A stretch of 64,000 bases of DNA, from the IMG/VR virus record IMGVR_UViG_3300032007_000008; one strand, 5' to 3'. The translations under genes were made by a program, and so were the position numbers. Origin of the DNA: a virus. Taxonomy: Duplodnaviria > Heunggongvirae > Uroviricota > Caudoviricetes. The notes below the pieces were generated by a model. The model was not told where the DNA came from. It saw only the letters and a list, made by a program, of their open reading frames with translations, and searched no databases. Numbering within the stretch: the stretch's first letter is position 1; each line of letters opens with the position of its first letter. Shown piece by piece: positions 27,133 to 36,393 of the stretch.

Positions 27133-29748
27133 TCATTTTTCAAACATGGTGTCGAGACTCTTTTCCAGCGATTGATGCTTCTGATAATGGCCTGCATGTT
27201 TTATGCCAAACTCTCTTTTGAACACCCGCGAAAGAGTCTTTCCGCCTGTGGCATGGCCACCCTTGAACTCTTTTCTAAACACCGAACTTAAGCTCTTTCC
27301 ACCCTTCGAAGAGCCGCTTCCATCACCGAACACATCGTTGAATACGTCTGCCAGTGTCGTGGTTTTGGATGAAGCCTCTCCTCCATCTTTTCCAAATTCA
27401 GAATTGAATACGTCGGTAAGTGTTCCCCTTGATTTATCGCGCTCCGACTGAGTTCCAAAAGAATCCTTGAACGCATCATGAAGCGAACCGTTGCGTTTTG
27501 AATGTTTCGTGTTTCGTCCAAAGGAATCTTTAAATACGTCGGAGAGAGTCTCCTTTCCGTCGAAACCGCTCAATCCTCGTATTCCACGTTCCGTTTCAGG
27601 ATACTTCTTCGCCCCACGGTCAGATTTCTCTCTGTTACGTTCTCCGAAATCGCCAAATTCTGGATTTTCCGGCATTTCGCGCTCAGCCGAGGTCTTTCCG
27701 GAATCATCTCTAAGGTCAAGCTCGTCAGCAGTTGTCTGTGTTATGTTTCCGCTGTTTGCGAATTCATCAAATCCTGCATCAGCAGCAGCGTTCATCTGTT
27801 CAGAACCAAGGTCAAGGGAGTCGCCTGCCGCAGGAGCGGCTGTCATATCAGTGGCTGGAACTTCAGCCGTTCCACCACCCATTTCCGGTGCAGGCGCGGC
27901 ACCTGCGTCAGCTGGAGCAGGCGCTGCGCCAGCCCCCATGTCAGCCGGTGGTGTTCCTCCACCCATGTCGGCAGGCGGTGTTGCGCCTCCGGCGGCCATA
28001 CCATCTGGATTGTCAAGATACTTCTCGTTGTCAAGGTAAATGTTGGCATTTGCCTTTGCAGCTCCAATCTGCTGTGCCATCCATTCAGTCTGTGCCTTGA
28101 ACAATGCCTCTCTTCGTACCTCTACCTCATTTTCTTTTATTTCGCTATCAGTGAAATTGAACACTTTTTTCAGAAGAAGATTCTTGCTGAGAAACTCCAC
28201 GGAAGCAGCAGAATTCACGATATCGAGAGCGTCACGGAATCTTGTCTGCGCCTGATAGTTTTCAAAAAGTGCAGGTGGAATCATCTCCACATCTATCTCA
28301 CTTTCGTGAAGGTCGTATTTCGTAAACAGACCCTTCATCCTGAGGTGAGTTATAAATGTCTTCTTGACCGCAGCCGCAAACATCGTCTGATATCTCACGA
28401 TACTCTGCGCGAACGAATATTCTTCGTTCTGTATCGACTGCTTGTCCTGTCGGTTCGCCGCATTCTCAGACCACCTCTGCCAAGGAATTCCGAGAAACTT
28501 CAGCATTCTCTTTAGAAAATATTCTACGTCATGAAGCTCGTTGTAGTGGCTAGTTGAAGCAAGGCTCGTTACTGACGTTCCTGCACCTTCGCCTATCTTC
28601 CAAAAATAATATGCATCGAGCATGGTTTCGGCGTTATAGACATTTGTCACCGCTCCGCTTCCCTGAACGGCCTTTCTCGACTTATGAGCCATCGCCATTT
28701 CACGAACCTTCTGCTCGGCCTTCTTAGCTGGCATTCCAGCAAGGTCAACGTTGAACACAAGCTTCTCAGGTGCTCTTGTAATCCTATATATCACGATTGC
28801 ATCGTGCATGAGGAGAAGCTGACGTGTTGGAACTGCAACTTTCTCGATTACCGGAAACACGACAGAACCGTCTTCCGAAAGAACGCCAGAATTCATGTAA
28901 GTAACCTGTTCGAACGGCATGACGATTTTGTTCTTCATGTCTAGCGAATATGTATACGAATATGCAGGAATCTGCCTTATGGCGTTGAACACCGTAGACG
29001 ACTGACCGGCATATGACGTTCCGCCGTATGCTGAAAATTGTGTATACGTCTTGAGTCTTTCGGGGTCGAGATACAGCCCCTCAATCTGTCCGGTTCGTCT
29101 GTTTCTCAAAAAATCATAGAACATGGTAGGCATATACTTAAACCCTATTATACCATATTCTGGATGATTGTGGTCTATGACATTCTCAAAACACAGTTCG
29201 CCTTCTATTAGGAATTTCCTAATCATGTTGAATCCTGTGGTCTTAAGGTCGTAATGAGATACTAGATTCTTAAATTCTTCTTGAAGTACTGAATCCTCTC
29301 CAGACGAGAACTTCGAATCCGCGCACTTAAACTTGAGCCTAAGATAATCTCCATTTATGTCTGCGTGAAGAAAATCATTTGCAATTTCGTTTATGCACCA
29401 ATCAAGCTCAGGATATCTTGCAAGATTGTCGTATGCCTGAATTCTTGCTATCTTGTTTGTATCTACAGGAAGGGCAAGTCCGAGTTCCGTATTTCCGAAT
29501 GACGAATCCGTGTTAGTATTGTTTGCAAGAACACCGGCCGCACCAAACGGATTTCCTCCCCTGTTAAACGAATTGTTTCCAATTACGAGGGAATTCGCCG
29601 TTACCGAAAATTTGTCTATGCTTTTTCGAATTGAGCTTTTAACAGAATCCATGAACTCGCCACCGGCTGGATTGTGCGGTATGTCGGTAACTCCATCCGT
29701 GGAAACAGGCTTTGTTCTCCTGAAGAATCTGTCGATAATGGATGCCAT
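27133..29748 (-). CDS. g20: Portal protein (gp20-like) with a long C-terminal extension
   Basis: YPELDWCINEIAND, IYRITRAPEKLVFNVD, VEYFLKRMLKFLGIP and EEYSFAQSIVRYQ motifs; 871 aa. Confidence 0.93.
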   Translation of the reverse strand: MASIIDRFFRRTKPVSTDGVTDIPHNPAGGEFMDSVKSSIRKSIDKFSVTANSLVIGNNSFNRGGNPFGAAGVLANNTNTDSSFGNTELGLALPVDTNKIARIQAYDNLARYPELDWCINEIANDFLHADINGDYLRLKFKCADSKFSSGEDSVLQEEFKNLVSHYDLKTTGFNMIRKFLIEGELCFENVIDHNHPEYGIIGFKYMPTMFYDFLRNRRTGQIEGLYLDPERLKTYTQFSAYGGTSYAGQSSTVFNAIRQIPAYSYTYSLDMKNKIVMPFEQVTYMNSGVLSEDGSVVFPVIEKVAVPTRQLLLMHDAIVIYRITRAPEKLVFNVDLAGMPAKKAEQKVREMAMAHKSRKAVQGSGAVTNVYNAETMLDAYYFWKIGEGAGTSVTSLASTSHYNELHDVEYFLKRMLKFLGIPWQRWSENAANRQDKQSIQNEEYSFAQSIVRYQTMFAAAVKKTFITHLRMKGLFTKYDLHESEIDVEMIPPALFENYQAQTRFRDALDIVNSAASVEFLSKNLLLKKVFNFTDSEIKENEVEVRREALFKAQTEWMAQQIGAAKANANIYLDNEKYLDNPDGMAAGGATPPADMGGGTPPADMGAGAAPAPADAGAAPAPEMGGGTAEVPATDMTAAPAAGDSLDLGSEQMNAAADAGFDEFANSGNITQTTADELDLRDDSGKTSAEREMPENPEFGDFGERNREKSDRGAKKYPETERGIRGLSGFDGKETLSDVFKDSFGRNTKHSKRNGSLHDAFKDSFGTQSERDKSRGTLTDVFNSEFGKDGGEASSKTTTLADVFNDVFGDGSGSSKGGKSLSSVFRKEFKGGHATGGKTLSRVFKREFGIKHAGHYQKHQSLEKSLDTMFEK

Positions 29749-29788
29749 CTGCGAAAAAGTTCTCTTATGTTAAATTATACAACGTGGA

Positions 29789-30760
29789 TTAGAACGATAT
29801 GCTATTGTTAAGCACAGCATTGTTAAGGGACTCTTCTCCGAACTTCTGCCAGTTCATAATCATCCTCAACGCATCCTGGTTGTTTAACTTCTTTGCAAGA
29901 GAAACGACTGTCTCGCCATCCTTCGTCTTGTATTCTAGGTCCGAAACTGGAAGAATTTCGGCAAATATGTTTGGTGTCCATATTGAACCCCCACCTCGCC
30001 TCATAAGACATACCATGAGAGCGGAATACTGACCGTCCCTATATCCACGGTCTACACCTCCGGCTTTCACTATCTCACGAGCAAATTCATATGGGTCTAT
30101 TCCTGGTATTTCCGCGACGGCCTGTAATGGTCTTGCTCCAAATCCGTCTTTGTCGTTCACAAGCTCTCGTATTTCTGGAACTGCGAGCACCAGCTTTAGG
30201 CATTGAAGATTCTTTCCACGGATTGCCGCAGTTATTGGATTCAATCCGCTATATCTCTTCATCGCCTTATATCCGGCCTTGAGAATCGCCCTTACGTTCA
30301 TGTCGTTACCCATGAGACACTGCCATGTAAGAGCATCGACAAGACCAAGGTCTATCGAAGGAATATCCTCATACAACCCAGAATCATTAAGCCACATTGG
30401 AATATGACTGCTTTGTACGGGACGATTTGTCGATACGCCCTGATTCAACGCAGCTTCTACCGATGTTATATCCTGTGCGAACACGCCGCTTTTAGAATTG
30501 CATGTGGATGATGTTTTACAAAACGGAGAAACTAGAACCTTTTCCGAAAATTTGGAGTTTGGATGCTTTTCGGTGTCAGTTCTGACAAATCTATTGGTTG
30601 CATCGCCACCCTGTCCAATAACCGTCTTCTCGCTCTTATCGCCATCGATGTTAAACTGTCTGTCCTTAATCGCCTTTTTGTGAAGAGATTCGGCTTTTCT
30701 AGTATTTTCACATACTAAACGGTATGCTGCATAAATGCTTACTGGCTTTTCCATGTGCAT
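29789..30760 (-). CDS. Ankyrin-repeat protein
   Basis: GLNPITAAIRGKNLQCLKLVL, DGFGARPLQAVA, DGQYSALMVCL and DGETVVSLAKKLNNQDALRMI repeats. Start moved to ATG 30760 because the late promoter occupies 30778-30785. Confidence 0.75.
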   Translation of the reverse strand: MHMEKPVSIYAAYRLVCENTRKAESLHKKAIKDRQFNIDGDKSEKTVIGQGGDATNRFVRTDTEKHPNSKFSEKVLVSPFCKTSSTCNSKSGVFAQDITSVEAALNQGVSTNRPVQSSHIPMWLNDSGLYEDIPSIDLGLVDALTWQCLMGNDMNVRAILKAGYKAMKRYSGLNPITAAIRGKNLQCLKLVLAVPEIRELVNDKDGFGARPLQAVAEIPGIDPYEFAREIVKAGGVDRGYRDGQYSALMVCLMRRGGGSIWTPNIFAEILPVSDLEYKTKDGETVVSLAKKLNNQDALRMIMNWQKFGEESLNNAVLNNSISF

Positions 30761-30777
30761 GATAAAATGATTTGACA

Positions 30778-30817
30778 CTATTTAGTCAATCATATTTTAG
30801 CAAAGAAGTCTAAATAA
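30778..30817. promoter_or_regulatory. Divergent pair of late promoters
   Basis: CTAAATAG on the minus strand (30778-30785) and CTAAATAA on the plus strand (30810-30817). Confidence 0.75.
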
Positions 30818-30841
30818 TGGCATACATATTGTTTAATCCTT

Positions 30842-32563
30842 ATGGAACAGTTCAAAAGAAACGATTTTAGAAACATCTGCGAAGCATATGAACAAATGAA
30901 TTCCGTAGATGAAGGAGTTTGGGATAGCACAAAGGAGCTTGCTCGAAAGGGTGTAAGAGGCGCGGAACGTCTAGCAGGCGATGCCATAGCCGGTACAGGT
31001 CGGGCTATTGGAAGGGGAATAGGAGGAAGCGTCCGACTTGCAGGACGTGGATTGGCCGATGCTGGCCGTTCCCTTGGACGTGGAATACGTTCTGGCGCTG
31101 AATCGCTTGGTCGTGGACTTGGAAGATTTGCAAGTGCAACTGGCGAAGAGGGGGTAAAAGCAGGAGTTGGAACTGCAAAGGTATTGGGAAAAGGACTTTG
31201 GGGAGCTACAAAGCTTGCTGGTAAAACTGCACTGGGAGTTGCGACTTTTAACGGAGACAGGATAAAACAGGCGTGGAGCGATGCCGGTGATGGTTTTGGA
31301 AAGACGGTATCTGACATAGAGAAATCAGCAGGTCGCGTTGCCGATAGGATAGGCGGAGGACTTGCCGACGGCGCAAAGGCGGTTGGCAATGGGCTTGTCA
31401 ATACAGTAACAGGAACTGGCGAATACATAGGCCGTCAGGCGGCTGATGGAGTAAAAACGGCTTGGAGGGGTGTAACTCAAACTGCATCTGGAATCGGAGA
31501 CACTGTGAGCAAGGCAGCGCACAACACGATGGACAACATCCATGCGGAAAACGAAAAGCTTCGTGCTGAGCGCGATGCCGCCGATGCGGAAAAATCCGCC
31601 AAGAAAGCTGCCGAGAAAGCTGAAAAAGAAGCAAAAAAGAAAAAATACGACAATCTACGAAAGAAATTTGGAGCCCGTGTGAAAGTAAAGAAGAACATGG
31701 ACAAGATTGATGCACGTATAGCAAAAAGAAAGGAAGACGCAAAGAAACAGGCCGAAGCCGAAGCCGCAAAAAGAGAAAAGATTTCGAAAAAGGCAGACGC
31801 AGCTCTCGCAAAACACGACGCAGATGAGAAGAAGGCCGAACAGAAACGTGCTGAAAAGGCCGCTGCTGCTGAAAAAAAGGACAGAGAAGACGCAGAAGCC
31901 GCAAAAAAGAAGGCAGCGCAAAAAGCTGAAAAGGAAGTAAAATCCGCATGGAAAAAGCGCAATGATGGAACAGCGTCTGAAATTTCCGACGAAGAAAAGA
32001 AACGACAGGAAGAAGAAATGTGGGACCAGCATGAACGCGAAAACGCAAAGGCCAATGCTGCGGCTGGAGCCGAAATCGAGCATATCCATGCGGATGCCAT
32101 GAAAGCTGACGATGCGAAGAAGCGCAAACACGGAATAAGCCTGTTTCAAAGATGGAAAAAGCGCGGTGAAGAAAAGAAGGCAGCTCAGAAAAAGGCGGAA
32201 GAGGAACAGAGGGCTGCGCTTAATCGTGAACTCAAAGGTGAAGAAAAATACAACGATGCTCTTGCCATGTCAGAATCGACAGGTGTCAATAGCTTTTCGA
32301 TAAAGATATTCAACACAGACCTTGATGCAATATATTCGAATTCAATATCCTGTGATTGTGAAAATCTTCCATCAGCCGCCGAAAGGATACTTGGAGGAAT
32401 AAAACTCGGAATCCCCTCCGATGTCATATCCGACATAAAGGAAATGCTGAACGGAATCACCGCTGAAGATTGGGTTGAGATGAAGCAATCAAAAGACCGC
32501 GTAAGCTATGAGTTCGTGTCTGACGATTACGGCGAGCTTGAAATATCCATAGAGGCCGAATAA
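30842..32563 (+). CDS. Putative internal head/ejection protein C (Gly-rich amphipathic region, then K/A/E coiled coil)
   Basis: Only substantial plus-strand gene; own late promoter and terminator; ICEAYEQM..VDEG N-terminus. Confidence 0.75.
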   Translation: MEQFKRNDFRNICEAYEQMNSVDEGVWDSTKELARKGVRGAERLAGDAIAGTGRAIGRGIGGSVRLAGRGLADAGRSLGRGIRSGAESLGRGLGRFASATGEEGVKAGVGTAKVLGKGLWGATKLAGKTALGVATFNGDRIKQAWSDAGDGFGKTVSDIEKSAGRVADRIGGGLADGAKAVGNGLVNTVTGTGEYIGRQAADGVKTAWRGVTQTASGIGDTVSKAAHNTMDNIHAENEKLRAERDAADAEKSAKKAAEKAEKEAKKKKYDNLRKKFGARVKVKKNMDKIDARIAKRKEDAKKQAEAEAAKREKISKKADAALAKHDADEKKAEQKRAEKAAAAEKKDREDAEAAKKKAAQKAEKEVKSAWKKRNDGTASEISDEEKKRQEEEMWDQHERENAKANAAAGAEIEHIHADAMKADDAKKRKHGISLFQRWKKRGEEKKAAQKKAEEEQRAALNRELKGEEKYNDALAMSESTGVNSFSIKIFNTDLDAIYSNSISCDCENLPSAAERILGGIKLGIPSDVISDIKEMLNGITAEDWVEMKQSKDRVSYEFVSDDYGELEISIEAE

Positions 32564-32584
32564 AAACATCATCGGTACAATAAC

Positions 32585-32617
32585 AAAAAAGAGAGCGGAA
32601 TTCGCTCTCTTTTTTTT
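32585..32617. terminator. Bidirectional terminator between convergent genes
   Basis: AAAAAAGAGAGCG-GAATT-CGCTCTCTTTTTTTT. Confidence 0.9.
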
Positions 32618-33173
32618 AATGTCCGTAAATCATCCGCTTCAACTGGTCAAGCTCTCGTTCGGTTACAACTAAAAACTGCGCCCCTATGTTCTTTGCTATT
32701 TTTGCAGCTGCCATCCACTTGCAGTAGTTCTTTATCCGTATCTTCTCCGAAATCATGGCATTCTTCGTTCTTCGTTTCGTCTTGTTGACCTCTATGTCGT
32801 GAATCGACTTCACTTCAACCCAGTACGTCTGTATGCCTGTAGCGGACTTAAGCTTTATTATAAAGTCTATCACGTACTGCCGAACAGGATTGGTGCGTCT
32901 TCCGCTTCTGTCAAGTTCAAACGACGATTTATCAGTATAAGGAATTCTTCTGGATTCATACTCCCACGAAACGACATTTCCCGCTTCCACCGAATCAAGC
33001 ATCAACATTAGCCGCAGTTCGAGCTTCGACCGAAATATCGGCCTTTTCGCAGGCCCTTTGTAAGGACCGCCGACGCGAGGATTGTAAGTCCCCTGCAAAG
33101 ACTGATATCTACCGTTTGCCGACTTCTTTATGGCTGAAAAAACTGATATTCCCTGAGACGGAGAAGGCATCAT
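32616..33173 (-). CDS. g4: Head completion nuclease (T4 gp4-like, TnsA fold)
   Basis: GTYNP..YKG..FRSKLEL, WEYES..IPY, YVIDF, VEVK, KWMAA and FLVVTE motifs. Start at the TAATG overlap with GGAG upstream. Confidence 0.85.
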   Translation of the reverse strand: MMPSPSQGISVFSAIKKSANGRYQSLQGTYNPRVGGPYKGPAKRPIFRSKLELRLMLMLDSVEAGNVVSWEYESRRIPYTDKSSFELDRSGRRTNPVRQYVIDFIIKLKSATGIQTYWVEVKSIHDIEVNKTKRRTKNAMISEKIRIKNYCKWMAAAKIAKNIGAQFLVVTERELDQLKRMIYGH

Positions 33174-34744
33174 TAACTCCTGTCGTACAATATTGTCGGT
33201 TTTGCCGTCTTTCCATCGTCTTCGGTTTCCGAAGATGCAAATGCGCAAAGCTTCTTTTCGCCAAATGAATTTATGGCAACCCTGTTATTCTTGAATATAT
33301 AATATCCGTCGCGATTTCTGTATCCGACATCCTTGTAAGTAAATCCGTCAATATAGTCGAATCCATCCTTGAGAACATTTGAAAACTCTGTAAGTGTTAC
33401 TGTCGTTTCCAGGTTTGACGTGGTAAACACAAGCTGTCCGTTAAGCACTCGGAGATACATCATGTTCTTCGGCTTTCCTATGATGGCCGTCGGCTCATCT
33501 ATGTTCGTCACCTTGACTCTCCACGTCTTCGAACCCCAGTATATGTTCCATCCATTCGTAAGAAGCTGTGTTTTGTCCGAAAACTCACAGATGATTAGAT
33601 AGTTGTCGTCTGTGTATTTTCCATCATCCCATCCATCTTCGTAGAGGTCATAGTCGAATATCTCATCGACAGGCTTAGAATATGGACTGCGCTGTTTTTT
33701 CTTCTTGAACGTGTCCGCCTTTGAATATCCACCATATACGTCTGAATCTATGGATGCCGATGGAGACGACCAATCAAAATTGTTGCTGTCTATAACGTCT
33801 GAACGATTCTGCGAGTAATCCATTATGTTGTCTCTGCTCTTCTTGGATGCCTCTTCGGGTTCGAGAGATTCGTGAGAGGATATGCGCCTTACGGCTGCGC
33901 ACTTGTAAACGTATTTACCGACAAATGGAGAAAGGCCGTCGGCATTGGTTGGCTTTCTCGAAATCACTTCAGTTATCTCATACTGCTCCTTGACCCCATC
34001 TTCGGTCTTGTAGTCGATTTCTATTATGTCTCCGGCATTTGGATGTATCTCGGATACCACCTTTTCGTTTTCGAAGAAATTAGAATAAAGAATATCTCCA
34101 TGGACGCTATATTTCACACGACTGCCTGACGAAGAGTCGTAGTCAACATATATGTTTGCAGAATAGTACCCGTCCCTGTAGTCTGTCGAAAAACTTCTGT
34201 ATATGAAGGGGTTGTAGGCAACCGAATAGCATGGGATGCTCGCGTTTTTTATTATAGGCTCTGCGTTCTCCACAACCTCATTGTCTGGAACGTCAAGAAC
34301 AAGATTTCCGCTCATCACATCCGAATAGAACGGCATCGTTATCTGGTTGTTCTTTCTCAGCGTATAGCCTGATGTTGCTGATATAGGATAGTTTTTGAAA
34401 CAACCTATGTCATCTACGAAAGAAACTGCGAACTCGTTTATGCCAAAATACAATATAACCTTATCGGACGGAACGAAACCCTCTCCGTTCAATATGAAAT
34501 TATAGTCGTTAAACTCTACGAAAGCCCTTATCCCAGTCTTTTTGCTAAACTTAGGGTCGCTCTTATAGCCATATATGGCTTCTTCCGTAGAATTGGACAT
34601 GTAGTCCGTATCCCTGCGATAGTACGTAACATCATAACCATGCTGACGTATGATGTCGTTGTAGTAATTGTTCATCAAAGCTCGTTCCTCTTTTACGGAA
34701 TCGAGCTTTGCGTAACGCAGTTCTTGTGGACGGTAAATCGACAT
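33173..34744 (-). CDS. g14: Neck protein (gp14-like) with insertion and C-terminal extension
   Basis: IIRQHGYDVTYYRR, IRAFVE, PNAGDIIEI, YEITEV and YVYKCAA motifs; late promoter at 34751-34758. Confidence 0.75.
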   Translation of the reverse strand: MSIYRPQELRYAKLDSVKEERALMNNYYNDIIRQHGYDVTYYRRDTDYMSNSTEEAIYGYKSDPKFSKKTGIRAFVEFNDYNFILNGEGFVPSDKVILYFGINEFAVSFVDDIGCFKNYPISATSGYTLRKNNQITMPFYSDVMSGNLVLDVPDNEVVENAEPIIKNASIPCYSVAYNPFIYRSFSTDYRDGYYSANIYVDYDSSSGSRVKYSVHGDILYSNFFENEKVVSEIHPNAGDIIEIDYKTEDGVKEQYEITEVISRKPTNADGLSPFVGKYVYKCAAVRRISSHESLEPEEASKKSRDNIMDYSQNRSDVIDSNNFDWSSPSASIDSDVYGGYSKADTFKKKKQRSPYSKPVDEIFDYDLYEDGWDDGKYTDDNYLIICEFSDKTQLLTNGWNIYWGSKTWRVKVTNIDEPTAIIGKPKNMMYLRVLNGQLVFTTSNLETTVTLTEFSNVLKDGFDYIDGFTYKDVGYRNRDGYYIFKNNRVAINSFGEKKLCAFASSETEDDGKTAKPTILYDRS

Positions 34745-34791
34745 TTGTCACTATTTAGTGCCAAATGTGACGCTTTTACGTTATTGTACGT

Positions 34792-35550
34792 CTATTCTTT
34801 TATCACCGTACCGTATTCATAACCGTCATCTATGCAATAATCAGAATAGTCTATTCCAAGTTTTTTATTTACTTGGTGTATGGAATTTCTATTTTTATCA
34901 GTCACTATGCCCTGAGAGTTTGAAAATGACAATTGGCAACATGGAACGACGACAGATGCATACTTGTTGAACTTTTTGGAATCAAGATATTTTGAATGAT
35001 TTAAGTCGGCTATCTTCAGTTTTATCTCGCAGCTATACAGAATCTCTTTCATTGCTCTTCTCGACAGGGCATAGCATCCTGTGCTGTGGAGCATATCATA
35101 TCGTGAAAAAAACTCGTTTACCTTTGGCTTGCAGCATTCATCAAGAGTTTTTCCGTCTATAATATTTGGATTGTAATTTACCGCATCATAATCGGAAGGC
35201 GTTGCATCGAATATCTGCTCAATCTTGCCAATGTCTCTAAGAAATCGTATATCGTCTTCTATTATAAGGACATTTCTGCATCCTGCCATATACGCAGATT
35301 TTATGCATTCAAAATTAGCCATCGCAATATTGAACTCAGTCTGTGTTCGGCACTCGGTATATCCACGTTTTTTCATCGTATCAAAAAGAATCTGATACAT
35401 CGGACAGGCTACCGTATATTTCCAGCTAAAGTTTGGCAACCCCAAAATACCAATCCTCCGAAGCTCGGCTTCCATGCCGCGTCTTCTTTCGGAATACGCT
35501 GAAAAGTTTATGCAGAATATTCTGTCAAATTTTGAAGTCCAATCAATCAT
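34792..35550 (-). CDS. Glycosyltransferase, GT25-like
   Basis: IFCINFSAYSERRRGM, LIIEDDIRF and TGCYALSRRAMKEIL motifs; start moved to MIDW. Confidence 0.8.
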   Translation of the reverse strand: MIDWTSKFDRIFCINFSAYSERRRGMEAELRRIGILGLPNFSWKYTVACPMYQILFDTMKKRGYTECRTQTEFNIAMANFECIKSAYMAGCRNVLIIEDDIRFLRDIGKIEQIFDATPSDYDAVNYNPNIIDGKTLDECCKPKVNEFFSRYDMLHSTGCYALSRRAMKEILYSCEIKLKIADLNHSKYLDSKKFNKYASVVVPCCQLSFSNSQGIVTDKNRNSIHQVNKKLGIDYSDYCIDDGYEYGTVIKE

Positions 35551-36367
35551 AATACCCCACCTTCGGTATGTAGCATTTTCCATATCCGTCTTTTTGCATG
35601 CTCTTGAGGCAATTTCCCTTCCATTCCCTATAACCGTCATCAGAATCTGGTCTATGGAGAATCTGAGGTCTTTCGTCAAACAGGAACATGCACACCTTTC
35701 CGTAGCTTCTCCACAGCTTATTCTCAAGCATCGAATCATCGCCGCCGTACAGTGCAATGTTTCCGCCATTGGCCAAATCAGTAGAATATCCTCCTATTTC
35801 AGAAAACATCCCAACACGCATGGCCATCAAAGCACCACCAAGAAAACCCCCAAAATTGTCAAGAGGGTGATATTCAACACCACATAGAGGAACGGCTATA
35901 TCATGACGTATGTGGATTCCCTCGGCCATCTTATGGTAACTGGACTTCTTGGAAAAAGCCTCATCTTCATAATATTCAAAACCGATAAACCCAAGTTTTC
36001 TATTGCTCGAAAAAACTTCAATCAGCTCATTTGCAAATTTTCCATTGTGTATGCATATATCGGAATCCATGGATACAAGTATGTCCATCGGCATCGCATC
36101 GTATATGTTTCTTGCGAACGTTGCAAGCACGTTCAAGGCATACGCCTTCCCCATATTCCTATCAGACAGAACCAGATTATCTATGATTCCTTTGCTCTGA
36201 TAATCCTTCAATATGTCTTGAGAACCATCTGAAGAAGCGTTATCCCAAACAAGTATTTTCGTCTCATTTGTTTTTAGGCGTTCCAGAGATTTCATAGAAT
36301 CGGCAAGAGAGCCGTTTCTCTGAGCATTATAGTTGCAGACGATGAAAAAAATCTTACTACGTTCCAT
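35543..36367 (-). CDS. Glycosyltransferase, GT2 (GT-A fold)
   Basis: IVCNYNA, VWDNASSDGS, NMGKAYALN, SMDSD (DxD) and GGDD motifs. Start at MERSK; 36397 is the alternative. Confidence 0.85.
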   Translation of the reverse strand: MERSKIFFIVCNYNAQRNGSLADSMKSLERLKTNETKILVWDNASSDGSQDILKDYQSKGIIDNLVLSDRNMGKAYALNVLATFARNIYDAMPMDILVSMDSDICIHNGKFANELIEVFSSNRKLGFIGFEYYEDEAFSKKSSYHKMAEGIHIRHDIAVPLCGVEYHPLDNFGGFLGGALMAMRVGMFSEIGGYSTDLANGGNIALYGGDDSMLENKLWRSYGKVCMFLFDERPQILHRPDSDDGYREWKGNCLKSMQKDGYGKCYIPKVGYYD

Positions 36368-36393
36368 GGTGTAAATTATACCAAAAGAACGAA

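Noticed and set aside
22217-30760. Eukaryotic giant-virus or archaeal origin, suggested by the RFC-like, polB-intein and ankyrin genes
   Set aside because: gp20, gp21, gp22 and gp23, T4-like late promoters, sigma70 promoters and nrdDG indicate a bacteriophage.
32616-33173. Transposase or homing endonuclease (TnsA fold)
   Set aside because: The motifs and position next to the neck gene fit the core T4 gp4 head-completion protein, and no terminal repeats are present.
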